Assembly (NCBI GenBank): GCA_023954655.1
Contig: JAGSHH010000001.1
Coordinates: 1-63,288, forward strand
Reading direction: 5' to 3'
Length of the DNA: 63,288 bases
From: Colwelliaceae bacterium
GTDB lineage: Bacteria > Pseudomonadota > Gammaproteobacteria > Enterobacterales > Alteromonadaceae
A program made the position numbers and the translations under genes. How positions within the stretch are numbered: position 1 is the stretch's first letter; every line of letters starts with the position of its first letter. A model generated the notes under the pieces. It did no database searches and was not told where the DNA came from. It saw only the letters and a list, made by a program, of their open reading frames with translations. Of this stretch, positions 51,747-61,397 are shown piece after piece.

Positions 51747-54700
51747 TTATTTAAGCTGTTTATTGATGCGTATTAAACAATTAGCCAAAATGAAAAAAAC
51801 GAGATAGTAAAGTCCCCCTCCACTACTAGACTTTTCAGGATCAACTGTTTTAGCCACTTCTTTATTAGGTATAAGTGCTACAACACCGGGATCGTCAATC
51901 GTGCCATTAGCGAGACCATCAGCATCATTTACACCACCATCTTCAATCAATAAACGAAGGCAAACATTGCCAGCAATTAATCCTGTTTGATAACTATCGT
52001 GATTTGCAAAAGGACAAACACCATTTACCAAAGGACTAGAAGATATAGAATTATTAGAATTTTCTATAAAATCTTGCCAACCATTCTCTTTAGAAAATTT
52101 ACGATAGATAGCATTGCTAGGCAAAGGCTCAGTTAAAGGAATAGTTACAAAAACAGAGCGTCCAAAAGGTACAATTTTATCAATGATAAAATCAAAATAT
52201 CCGCCGACATGGGTTAATGAATCAATAGTAACTAACTGAGTGTTTTCAATTTCTAATTGAGACAATTGAATACCATCAGAAAATTGTAACTTGGCATACT
52301 TTCCTAAACCTAATCTTAAACCTGGTTCAGTTTCAACGATTTTTGTTTGGGCAGCATTTACATGAAGGGGTTGCATATAATTAATTGTAGAGTTGTCCAT
52401 GAACGCAGGTATGCCATCACCGTCTTCATCAGAAAAACCTTCAATATTATCAGCAATACCATCGAGATCAGTATCCGTGGTATCTAACCTTGCATGTTGT
52501 TCAAACAAGGCGATATCAACTAATTGAGTTTGACTTAACTCACCTGTACCGCTATCGGTAATAGTTACAGAAAGAGAAATTAAGTTTTTTACATCCTCAG
52601 GTAAATCAACTCCTTCAGGTGCAATATAAACACTCAATTGATTTGCACTAATTTCGGCATTGATATACTCAGGAATATCCCAACTAATGATATGCTTATC
52701 TGAAGTATTAGCATCATCAATTGATAATTGAATATGAGCTTCACCTAAATCTTTAACAATTGATGAAACTTGTTGATCTTGTTGGAATATCTTTACAGTC
52801 GATAAAGGAGTGATATTTTCTTCTGATATAAAAATTGTATGCTGTTTATTATTAGCACTGTTAACACTTCCACTAAACGTTACGATTAATTCTTCCTGAC
52901 CTTCTTGTTGATTATCTTGTCTTATATACAGCTCAACGTATCCGCTAATACCAGAATCAAGAATTACTTTTTGTTGCGATAATTGGTAATCAAAACTATC
53001 AACATCACCATTAATAGTAAAAGGTATTTCTAGCGGGTACTTAGGTGACTCACCAGATAATTCAACCATTAGTTTCACAGATGTTCCTTCGGCTGCATAT
53101 TGCTGTTTAGCAAAGCTTACTAAAGGCGCAAAATTAACAGCCTGTTCGACAGTCGCAATATTACCGGCAAGATCTTCAGTACGCCATGTAATTAAATTAG
53201 TACCTGATTTGAAGTTTGCGACACCATTTTCAAAGCCTAATGGTAATATTTCACAACAATTTGGCCCATCTTTGCCATCAAATGCTGAAATTTCAGTAAG
53301 TGACAGTAATGTCTCTAAACTCAGTTGTGTAAAGGTATGCTCAGCATTTATATTTATTGCAACAGGTGTAGTAATTTCTGGTGCGTAATCATCTACTAAT
53401 GGATTAGTATGGTTAGCTTGTTCAACATGATTAAGAACGCCATCGCCATCAGAATCTAAAAGTGCATCATCGGCATTGCGTGGATTGAGTCCGTATAAAA
53501 TTTCAAACTCATCACTCATTCCATCATTATCATCATCTAAATCTGCGTTATCACCCAAACCATCATTATCAGCATCAAATGCTTCATTTGCGTTTAAAGG
53601 AAGTTCATCGATAAAATCTAAATAACCATCGTTATCATCATCAATATCTTGAACATTACCAATTCCATCATTATCTGTATCTAAATACTCTGATGAGTCA
53701 AACGGGAAAGCATCATCAACATCTAATACACCGTCATTATCATCATCACTATCAGCATTGTTACCGGTACCATCATTATCATTGTCATACCATTCATCTT
53801 TGTTTAAGGGAAATAAATCAGCACTATCAACATAGGTATCATTATCATCGTCAATGTCGATATTATTACCTAAACCGTCATTGTCTGTATCTAGCCATTC
53901 ACTGCTATCAAAAGGAAAAACATCTGAAGCGTCTAAAATTCCATCATTATCATCATCAGCATCAGCATTATCACCTACGCCGTCGCCATCAAAGTCATAC
54001 CATTCAAGATTATTTAATGGGAATATATCGTCTGAGTCTGTGTAACCATCGTTGTCATCATCACTATCAGTATTATTTCCTAATCCGTCATTATCTGTAT
54101 CTAACCATTCACTACTGTCAAAGATAAAATCGTCATTTGAATCGATAATGCCATCATTGTCATCATCAGCATCGGCATTATTACCTAACCCATCACGATC
54201 AAAATCATCAGTTTCATTCGGATCTAATGGAAATAAATCATCAGCGTCATTGACCCCGTCTCCGTCATCATCCAAATCATTAATGTTCGCAATACCATCA
54301 TTATCTGTGTCAGTTGTGGCAAGCATATTTAATGGAGCTGGGTCATCAACATCACGAATACCATCACCGTCGTCATCGTCGTCAGAGTTATTTCCACGAC
54401 CATCGCCGTCAGTATCGATCCATTCAGTGTTGTCTAATGGAAACGCATCATCAGCATCTAAGTAGCCATCTCCATCATCATCGTTATCCGCATTATTACC
54501 AATGCCATCACCATCGGTATCAAGGTATTCATTAATATCTAAAGGAAAGGCATCACTTCCGTCAGCAATACCATCATTGTCATCATCGTTGTCAGCATTA
54601 TTGCCTAATGAATCTCCATCTGTATCAACAGATTCAGAAAAAAGTAACGGAAATGCATCATCTCCATCTAAAATAGTATCATTATCATCATCAGTATCTG

Positions 54701-55472
54701 CATTATTACCTGTTCCATCAGAATCACTATCTAGCCATTCGTTTGGGTCATCTCTAAAAACATCTATTGCATCAGCAAAACCATCACCATCATTATCACT
54801 GTCGGCGTTATCGCCTAAACCGTCACCATCAAGATCTGAACTTTCCAAATTATCAAGAGGAAAAGCATCATTAGCATCAATAATTCCGTCGTTATCATCA
54901 TCAGGATCGGCATTATTGCCGATACCATCACTGTCTGTATCTATTTGTTCATTAGGGTCTTTTGGTAGATCGTCATAAATATCTATAACGCCATCACCAT
55001 CGTCATCACTATCAGCAATATCACCAATACCATCGCTATCAGTGTCTTCAAATTCAGCAGCATTTAATGGGAATGCATCAATAATATCGGGGGTTCCGTC
55101 ATTATCATCATCGGTGTCAGCATTATCATCAATACAATCACCATCAAAATCTAACCAACGTGTAGCATCTTCAGGAAATGGGTCATGAAAGTCGACAACA
55201 GGATCACCATCATTATTATCATCAATATTATCCGGAATACCGTCTCCATCATCATCAGTATCAGCATTATTGCCAACACCATCTAAATCAGTGTCATACC
55301 ATTCAGCTGCATTTGCAGGAAACACATCAAAGCTATCATCATATCCATCACCGTCTGTATCGGTAGTAGGGGCAGGCACAGGACAGGCAGCAGCAAAAGA
55401 AGAATTGCTATATAAGCAAATAGCATTGAATAAAATAATAGCAGCAATTTTGGATTTATACGGCATAAACAT
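51747..55472 (-). CDS. Large secreted thrombospondin type-3-like repeat protein with C-terminal GlyGly-CTERM
   Basis: Signal peptide, about 17 Asp-rich repeats, beta-rich middle, DGGVNDADGLANGTIDDPG motif, SSSGGG-TM-basic tail. Confidence 0.85.
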   Translation of the reverse strand: MFMPYKSKIAAIILFNAICLYSNSSFAAACPVPAPTTDTDGDGYDDSFDVFPANAAEWYDTDLDGVGNNADTDDDGDGIPDNIDDNNDGDPVVDFHDPFPEDATRWLDFDGDCIDDNADTDDDNDGTPDIIDAFPLNAAEFEDTDSDGIGDIADSDDDGDGVIDIYDDLPKDPNEQIDTDSDGIGNNADPDDDNDGIIDANDAFPLDNLESSDLDGDGLGDNADSDNDGDGFADAIDVFRDDPNEWLDSDSDGTGNNADTDDDNDTILDGDDAFPLLFSESVDTDGDSLGNNADNDDDNDGIADGSDAFPLDINEYLDTDGDGIGNNADNDDDGDGYLDADDAFPLDNTEWIDTDGDGRGNNSDDDDDGDGIRDVDDPAPLNMLATTDTDNDGIANINDLDDDGDGVNDADDLFPLDPNETDDFDRDGLGNNADADDDNDGIIDSNDDFIFDSSEWLDTDNDGLGNNTDSDDDNDGYTDSDDIFPLNNLEWYDFDGDGVGDNADADDDNDGILDASDVFPFDSSEWLDTDNDGLGNNIDIDDDNDTYVDSADLFPLNKDEWYDNDNDGTGNNADSDDDNDGVLDVDDAFPFDSSEYLDTDNDGIGNVQDIDDDNDGYLDFIDELPLNANEAFDADNDGLGDNADLDDDNDGMSDEFEILYGLNPRNADDALLDSDGDGVLNHVEQANHTNPLVDDYAPEITTPVAININAEHTFTQLSLETLLSLTEISAFDGKDGPNCCEILPLGFENGVANFKSGTNLITWRTEDLAGNIATVEQAVNFAPLVSFAKQQYAAEGTSVKLMVELSGESPKYPLEIPFTINGDVDSFDYQLSQQKVILDSGISGYVELYIRQDNQQEGQEELIVTFSGSVNSANNKQHTIFISEENITPLSTVKIFQQDQQVSSIVKDLGEAHIQLSIDDANTSDKHIISWDIPEYINAEISANQLSVYIAPEGVDLPEDVKNLISLSVTITDSGTGELSQTQLVDIALFEQHARLDTTDTDLDGIADNIEGFSDEDGDGIPAFMDNSTINYMQPLHVNAAQTKIVETEPGLRLGLGKYAKLQFSDGIQLSQLEIENTQLVTIDSLTHVGGYFDFIIDKIVPFGRSVFVTIPLTEPLPSNAIYRKFSKENGWQDFIENSNNSISSSPLVNGVCPFANHDSYQTGLIAGNVCLRLLIEDGGVNDADGLANGTIDDPGVVALIPNKEVAKTVDPEKSSSGGGLYYLVFFILANCLIRINKQLK
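53510..55361 (-). repeat. About 17 tandem 35-aa (105-bp) Asp-rich repeats
   Basis: Consensus D(A/V)FPLDxxEWxDTDxDGxGNNADxDDDNDGxxDxx, counted by eye. Confidence 0.88.
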
Positions 55473-55570
55473 TCCTACAGTTGCATCACTGGTTAATAGG
55501 GTTATTAATTAATAAAATTACGAATTAATAAATTATAGAATTTAAATTCAATAATTAACAAACAGGCTTA

Positions 55571-56182
55571 TTAGTTGTAATTAAACTGATTGCCAAATTT
55601 ATAAGTAAAACCTAGATATAAAGAGGTGATATCATCAAACTCACTGAAACTTGGTTGATATTTAAAACCAACATTAACAGCCGTATTTTTACTTATACTG
55701 TAATGGACATTAAATCCCAACAAAGCGTTAATATCATTGCTTTCACTAAAGTATTTTTCTTCATTGAGCTCTGGCCAAGTAAATTTATTTTCAGTTAAAG
55801 CGATAGTTGCCCCTAATTGATATTCAAAAATAAACTTTTTCATAGATTGATTATACGTTTTTGGTTTGTATCGATAACTCACAATCGCATCGATAGTGTC
55901 GACTTTAAAAAACAAATCACTATTGTTCCATTCAATTTTCACATCATCTAAATAGCTGTAACCAACATTCCAATAAAAATTACTGCCTTTAGAAAAAGTA
56001 TCTGAAATAAGAAAAGACAATCCTTGAGTATTAGATTCACTACCTTGATGGATTGAAAAGTTAGTTTCAATAGCCTGAGTTGGCAAAGCTAATATACTGA
56101 AGATTATAAAAAGCTTAATTGATTTAACTAAGCTGTTTGATTTGGCTAAAAATGATTTTCTAATAAATGTCATGTTACTCAC
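55571..56182 (-). CDS. Outer membrane beta-barrel protein (8-stranded type)
   Basis: Signal peptide, alternating aromatic strands, C-terminal LYLGFTYKF. Confidence 0.75.
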   Translation of the reverse strand: MSNMTFIRKSFLAKSNSLVKSIKLFIIFSILALPTQAIETNFSIHQGSESNTQGLSFLISDTFSKGSNFYWNVGYSYLDDVKIEWNNSDLFFKVDTIDAIVSYRYKPKTYNQSMKKFIFEYQLGATIALTENKFTWPELNEEKYFSESNDINALLGFNVHYSISKNTAVNVGFKYQPSFSEFDDITSLYLGFTYKFGNQFNYN

Positions 56183-56297
56183 TCATATGTCAATTATACA
56201 ACGGTGTTACATTGACAAAATAAAATGCAATAATTACACCATTATTATTGCTATAAATAAAATACTAGTGATTAAAAAATCAATAAGAATATTTAAA

Positions 56298-57482
56298 TTA
56301 AATAGAACTAATTGAATGGGTCAACATTTGTTTGATTTGTTTGATGATTTTTTCTGAAACATCAGGTTGATAAGCCTTAATTCTAGGAGTATGTATATGC
56401 CCTACTGGCAGTACAGGATTTTTTTTATCGCGTAATAAAATACTGCGATAAGAAATTTCATTAGACAAATAACCTCCACCTGATCCTGCTACTGATGTTT
56501 GCTTTTTTAATTCATTAAGAGTTTGAGCAGTATAAGATTTTTCAGTCGTCGTAACAGATCTATTATCATTAATTTTATAATGACCTAATGCTTTCTTCAT
56601 TGCTTTGGCCGGTAAACTAAACTCAACAAACTCTGAACCCGGCAGTTCTTTGCCATTTATCAAAGGTATCAGAGGATTTCTATTTGTTGCTCCTGAAAAT
56701 ACATTTAAATTATCTGGGGCTTTCGCACTTCGACGTAAACCGGGAAATCTTTCTAAATCAAAGTCTTTTCTTCCCATGCTAATAGTGACAATCATGTCTA
56801 CTTTGTTGTAATAAGGCGATAACAAAGCTTCAATTATACCCTGATCAAAGTCCGCAAAACGAACAGGTACAATCAAAGTTTCTATTTCTGCGCTAATTCC
56901 ATCTCGACGTATCACTAAATCATCTAAAGCCAAAGCAGTAACACCAGAAGGATTACTCTGATCAATATTTCTATCTAAATAAAATGGATCAAATCCTGTG
57001 ATTAGTATTTTTTTATCTGTCTTTTTATCAAATTTTATATCATTTTTGCCACGAGAAAGAAGCTCTAGTTGCCATAAAAGATTTTGTTGTTGTGTGGGTA
57101 ATAAGTTTTGATATGCTGAAGATAATCGCAACGCTTTACTCATTTGTAACCTTGCCCAATATAAAGATCTATCGTCATATTTGGATATTTCATCAAAAGA
57201 TTTAACTCCATCTTTCCATATACCATCACTATGTCTGATAATTAATTGGGTTAAAGCTGTCAGATTTCTTGCTTGATTAATTTGTAACTTAAATTTTTCA
57301 ACTCTTTCAGACAAAGGCTTGAATACCGAAGGCATATATTGCTTAGCTTTATTAATTCTCAACTCTTCAATGGTTAATTTACTAGCGTTTACCGCTTCTT
57401 CTGCATTAACTTTGCTGACTACCATCAAAGGATGTAAAACAAAACTTATTAAAAGTAACTTAGCTAGAGTACAAAGGTTCAT
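56298..57482 (-). CDS. Secreted pyroglutamyl peptidase I (C15)-like protein
   Basis: ILITGFDPF, NPSG, DLERF, GGGYLSNEISY, GHIHTP; signal peptide and helical N-domain. Confidence 0.78.
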   Translation of the reverse strand: MNLCTLAKLLLISFVLHPLMVVSKVNAEEAVNASKLTIEELRINKAKQYMPSVFKPLSERVEKFKLQINQARNLTALTQLIIRHSDGIWKDGVKSFDEISKYDDRSLYWARLQMSKALRLSSAYQNLLPTQQQNLLWQLELLSRGKNDIKFDKKTDKKILITGFDPFYLDRNIDQSNPSGVTALALDDLVIRRDGISAEIETLIVPVRFADFDQGIIEALLSPYYNKVDMIVTISMGRKDFDLERFPGLRRSAKAPDNLNVFSGATNRNPLIPLINGKELPGSEFVEFSLPAKAMKKALGHYKINDNRSVTTTEKSYTAQTLNELKKQTSVAGSGGGYLSNEISYRSILLRDKKNPVLPVGHIHTPRIKAYQPDVSEKIIKQIKQMLTHSISSI

Positions 57483-57933
57483 TATTTGAGTCTCTTCAGA
57501 TTTATAACAGGAAGAATAAAAGATTTATTGTTTATTCAATAACTTGGTTGATATTAATGATAGTTGACAGTTGTTAATGTTAAAAGTCTTATATTTATAA
57601 ATTCAATCAACAAACAAATAATTCTAAACAATGATAAATAAAAAAGCATTAGAGTAAAAACTCACCCAGCCCTTTAGTTTAAAGTGATACCTTGCTACCC
57701 CTTATTCTACTGACACTTTGTGAATTGTAATAAAATTACATTTAATAAAAATATCCCTTGATTTTTATTGTGATGATGTCAAAGTGTCGACAACAGTTAG
57801 TTATTAGCAACTGTTGTTTTTGTAGTATGTTTTCCCTATCAGAAAATAGCACGCGCTTAGCAACTCAATTAGCTGTCCACAATCAATTATTATAATTGTA
57901 TAAATCAAAACTATATTAAGGAGTAGCGCTTCA

Positions 57934-59598
57934 ATGTGTTCGATATTTGGTATATTAGATATAAAAACTGGTGCTGAGTTATTACGCCCAAAAGCTTTAG
58001 AATATTCTCGTTTATTACGTCATCGTGGTCCTGATTGGTCAGGTATTTATCAAAACGAAAATGCAATATTAGTTCATGAACGTCTTTCAATTGTTGACAC
58101 AGAACACGGTGCTCAACCTTTATACAACAAAAGTAAATCCCACGTACTAGCAGTTAATGGTGAAATCTATAATCATAAAACATTAGCAAAAACGCTAAAA
58201 GTGGATTACGAATTTCAAACGGGTTCTGATTGTGAAGTGATTTTACCTTTATATGAAGAGTTCGGCGTTGAGTTTGTCGACAAACTTCAAGGCATGTTTG
58301 CTTTTTGTCTTTACAATGCAGAAGACAACAGCTATTTAATTGCTCGTGACCATATTGGGATTATCCCTCTTTATACAGGTCGTGACGCTGATGGGAACTT
58401 CTATGTTTCCTCAGAAATGAAAGCATTAATGCCTATTTGTAAAACGGTAGAAGAATTTCCTCCTGGACATATTCTTGATAGTAAAGTAGGTAAAGTACAA
58501 AAGTATTACAAACGTAACTGGCACAAATATGATGCGATTAAAGATAATACCACCAGTACCACGAAAATTCGTGAAGCCTTAGAAGAATCTGTTAAAAGTC
58601 ATTTAATGACTGATGTACCATACGGTGTATTGCTTTCTGGTGGTTTAGATTCGTCATTAATTTCTGCAATCACCCAAAAATTTGCCTCTCGTCGAATTGA
58701 AGATAACGACTTAGCTGAAGCTTGGTGGCCAAAAGTACATTCTTTCGCTTGTGGACTAGATGGTTCACCTGATTTAGTTGCGGCTCAAACTGTAGCTGAC
58801 AGTATTGGTACTATTCATCACAGCGTAATCTTTACCGAGCAAGAAGGTATCGATGCACTTAAAGAAGTAATTTATCACTTAGAAACTTATGATGTTACGA
58901 CTATTCGTGCGTCAACCCCTATGTACTTAATGGCCCGAAAAATTAAAGCTATGGGTATTAAGATGGTACTTTCTGGTGAAGGTGCTGATGAAATATTTGG
59001 CGGCTACTTATACTTTCATAAAGCGCCAAATGCACAAGAATTTCATGAAGAACTCAACCGTAAGCTTGATAGATTACATAAGTTTGATTGCCTAAGAGCA
59101 AACAAATCTATGTCGGCTTGGGGGATTGAAGCACGGGTACCATTTTTAGATAAAAACTTTATGGATGTGGCGATGCGCATCAATCCTGAAGATAAAATGT
59201 GTGGCAATGGCAAAATGGAAAAAGCTATTTTACGTTCATCTTTTGAAGGTTATCTACCTAAAGAAATATTGTGGCGTCAAAAAGAGCAATTTTCTGATGG
59301 CGTTGGCTACTCTTGGATTGATGGATTAAAAGAATACGTTGAATCACAAGTTACTGATCAGCAACTTGAAAGTGCTGCGTTTAAATTCCCTGTAAATACT
59401 CCTGACAGTAAAGAAGCATACTTTTACCGCTGTGTATTTGAAGATAAATATCCATTATCAACGGCTGCTGACTGTGTAATTGGCGGGAAATCAGTTGCTT
59501 GTAGTACAGAAGAAGCATTAGCTTGGGATGAAAGCTTTAAAAACAACGCTGACCCTTCAGGGCGTGCTGTATTAAGTGTACACAATGAAAGCTATTAA
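57934..59598 (+). CDS. asnB: Asparagine synthetase B
   Basis: N-terminal Cys MCSIFG, RHRGPDW, NGEIYNH, LSGGLDSS, SGEGADE, WRQKEQFSDGVG. Confidence 0.97.
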   Translation: MCSIFGILDIKTGAELLRPKALEYSRLLRHRGPDWSGIYQNENAILVHERLSIVDTEHGAQPLYNKSKSHVLAVNGEIYNHKTLAKTLKVDYEFQTGSDCEVILPLYEEFGVEFVDKLQGMFAFCLYNAEDNSYLIARDHIGIIPLYTGRDADGNFYVSSEMKALMPICKTVEEFPPGHILDSKVGKVQKYYKRNWHKYDAIKDNTTSTTKIREALEESVKSHLMTDVPYGVLLSGGLDSSLISAITQKFASRRIEDNDLAEAWWPKVHSFACGLDGSPDLVAAQTVADSIGTIHHSVIFTEQEGIDALKEVIYHLETYDVTTIRASTPMYLMARKIKAMGIKMVLSGEGADEIFGGYLYFHKAPNAQEFHEELNRKLDRLHKFDCLRANKSMSAWGIEARVPFLDKNFMDVAMRINPEDKMCGNGKMEKAILRSSFEGYLPKEILWRQKEQFSDGVGYSWIDGLKEYVESQVTDQQLESAAFKFPVNTPDSKEAYFYRCVFEDKYPLSTAADCVIGGKSVACSTEEALAWDESFKNNADPSGRAVLSVHNESY

Positions 59599-59647
59599 TT
59601 AATGCGTTGATTCTTATCTTTGATGAGAAACGAAGCAATTTTATAAT

Positions 59648-59683
59648 AAAAGCCGATGAATATTCATATTCTTCGGCTTTTTT
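59648..59683 (+). terminator. Intrinsic terminator of asnB
   Basis: AAAAGCCGAtGAATA-ttca-TATTCtTCGGCTTTTTT. Confidence 0.8.
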
Positions 59684-59781
59684 GTGAAATAATCGAATTT
59701 TTTATCAATAAGGAGTTAAAACTTAACGCATTTTGTTTTAAAGTTACTCTTTAGTTGTTTATTCTTCCCATAGGTATCATT

Positions 59782-60564
59782 TTGTCGAATCGTGTTGAAC
59801 CAGAAATCCCAAGTATTACACTTGATCATGACCAAGTAAAATCAGCCAACCCTTCTCGTTCAAAAACTTCGAAAGTAGAAAAAACTGTAAAAAACACAGA
59901 AAAGCAACCGGTTAAAGCTTCTCCTGTTAATAGTTTTTTCACAGTTATCATTTATCTTGCTTTAGCAGGAGCCGCGTGGTTTTTTTATCAAGAAAACCTT
60001 AAATTGCAAAATTTAATCTCAAACTCTGAACAACGTATCCAACAATTAGAAAATCAATTATCTGCAACTGGCGAAGAAATGGGCGAATCAACAATAGCAC
60101 TCAAAGTTAAACTAGAGGCTATTAGTGAAAAAACTGAAAAACTCTGGGGAGAAATGGATAAACTTTGGGCATCGGCTTGGCGTAAAAATCAGTCTCAAAT
60201 CAAAGCGTTAAACTCTACTAGCAAAAAACAAGAAACATTAAATAAAAATCAAACACAACAATTAGCACAAGCTAATTCAGCAATCAATGCAGTTAATGAC
60301 AAACTCACCTCTGCGGAATTTAATATCACCGCCTTAGCTGATAAAATTTCTGCTGCAAATACTATTCAGACAAAAATCAAAGAGCTTACCTCTCAATTGT
60401 CATCACTTGAAGAGAAGTCTTCAGGAAGAGATACACAACAAATGGAAGTAGCAACAACTGTTAATCAACTTGAAATGTCAATTACCCTATTAATTGAACG
60501 TTTAGAAAAAATTGAAAATCAGCCTAAACCAACAGTGAATACACAACCAACAACATCATTATAA
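59782..60564 (+). CDS. Single-TM anchored long coiled-coil protein (start probably TTG 59782)
   Basis: TM FFTVIIYLALAGAAWFFY followed by heptad-rich helix; EMDKLWASAWR. Confidence 0.75.
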   Translation: MSNRVEPEIPSITLDHDQVKSANPSRSKTSKVEKTVKNTEKQPVKASPVNSFFTVIIYLALAGAAWFFYQENLKLQNLISNSEQRIQQLENQLSATGEEMGESTIALKVKLEAISEKTEKLWGEMDKLWASAWRKNQSQIKALNSTSKKQETLNKNQTQQLAQANSAINAVNDKLTSAEFNITALADKISAANTIQTKIKELTSQLSSLEEKSSGRDTQQMEVATTVNQLEMSITLLIERLEKIENQPKPTVNTQPTTSL

Positions 60565-60578
60565 TTTTTTAAAGTGCT

Positions 60579-60604
60579 GGTTTGCTTCTATTTGAAAGCA
60601 AACC
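60579..60604 (+). terminator. Hairpin downstream of the coiled-coil gene
   Basis: GGTTTGCTT...AAGCAAACC. Confidence 0.5.
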
Positions 60605-60855
60605 CACGTCAACTGTTTTCCTTTAAATCTCTAAATAAATGATTTTGATTGCTGATATTGCTACCATGAAAACGATTTAAATAATAAAACTCTTCATAGA
60701 AAAGCCGTGCTTGAGTCAAAAATTAGAAACGATATTATGGCACGATTATGAACACCCCCTAATTGAAAGGGCTAAACTCATTATTTCACTCATGGAGTCA
60801 TATCCATTTTCTACTACTATCCAATAAACTTATTGAAACAAAGATTACACCATAA

Positions 60856-60871
60856 CTGTACATACAACCAG
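60856..60871. promoter_or_regulatory. LexA (SOS)-like box
   Basis: CTGTACATACAACCAG fits CTG-N10-CAG with an AT-rich core. Confidence 0.5.
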
Positions 60872-60911
60872 GTTGAGAATGTTATTCCCACGAATTTACA
60901 ACGGATTAATA

Positions 60912-61243
60912 ATGCTTACACCAAAAATTAATAAACAGTAATTAAATGCTTAGGAATAGCTTCGAGCTTAGGAGTCGCTTTAGGAGATCTGGCATTACTT
61001 AGCTATTGATACAAAATCAACTACTTTCCAGAGGGTATTTCTGCCGGAGATACAATTGCACTTATATATTTCAATAGCATTTAATTCATTATACCTGCTT
61101 TTTCTGCTTATCTTTATGCGCTTGAAATTACAATGTATCCGTTATGGCATGTAATGAATAAGCTGTACCACCTAAAATCGTGTTATATAAGATCTTATAA
61201 GATCCAGACAGATAGAATTACCACTTATAATTCAGTTAGTTAA
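60912..61243 (+). pseudogene. Decayed membrane-protein gene
   Basis: Frame from 60935 reads TVIKCLGIASSLGVALGDLALLSY*YKINYFPEGISAGDTIALIYFNSI*FIIPAFSAYLYALE; stops at 61007 and 61082; ATG 60912 is out of frame. Confidence 0.55.
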
Positions 61244-61397
61244 ATAGACGTACTGTAGCCATTACGATTAAATCCTATATTATAATAATCATCATTGTAT
61301 GTGTTGCATGCCTATAATAGGTTTATACCCATTGGCAATTCATGTCGGTTAGAACGACCTAGTATTCGTCTTAATTTGCAGTATTGGAGTAATAAGC

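Noticed and set aside
53693-55512. Ser-rich and His-rich plus-strand ORFs
   Set aside because: Antisense reading of GAT/GAC-rich Asp repeats produces these artefacts
57773-57895. 40-codon ORF (MMSKCRQQ...) as an asnB leader peptide
   Set aside because: No RBS, start overlaps the likely promoter, and no run of Asn codons
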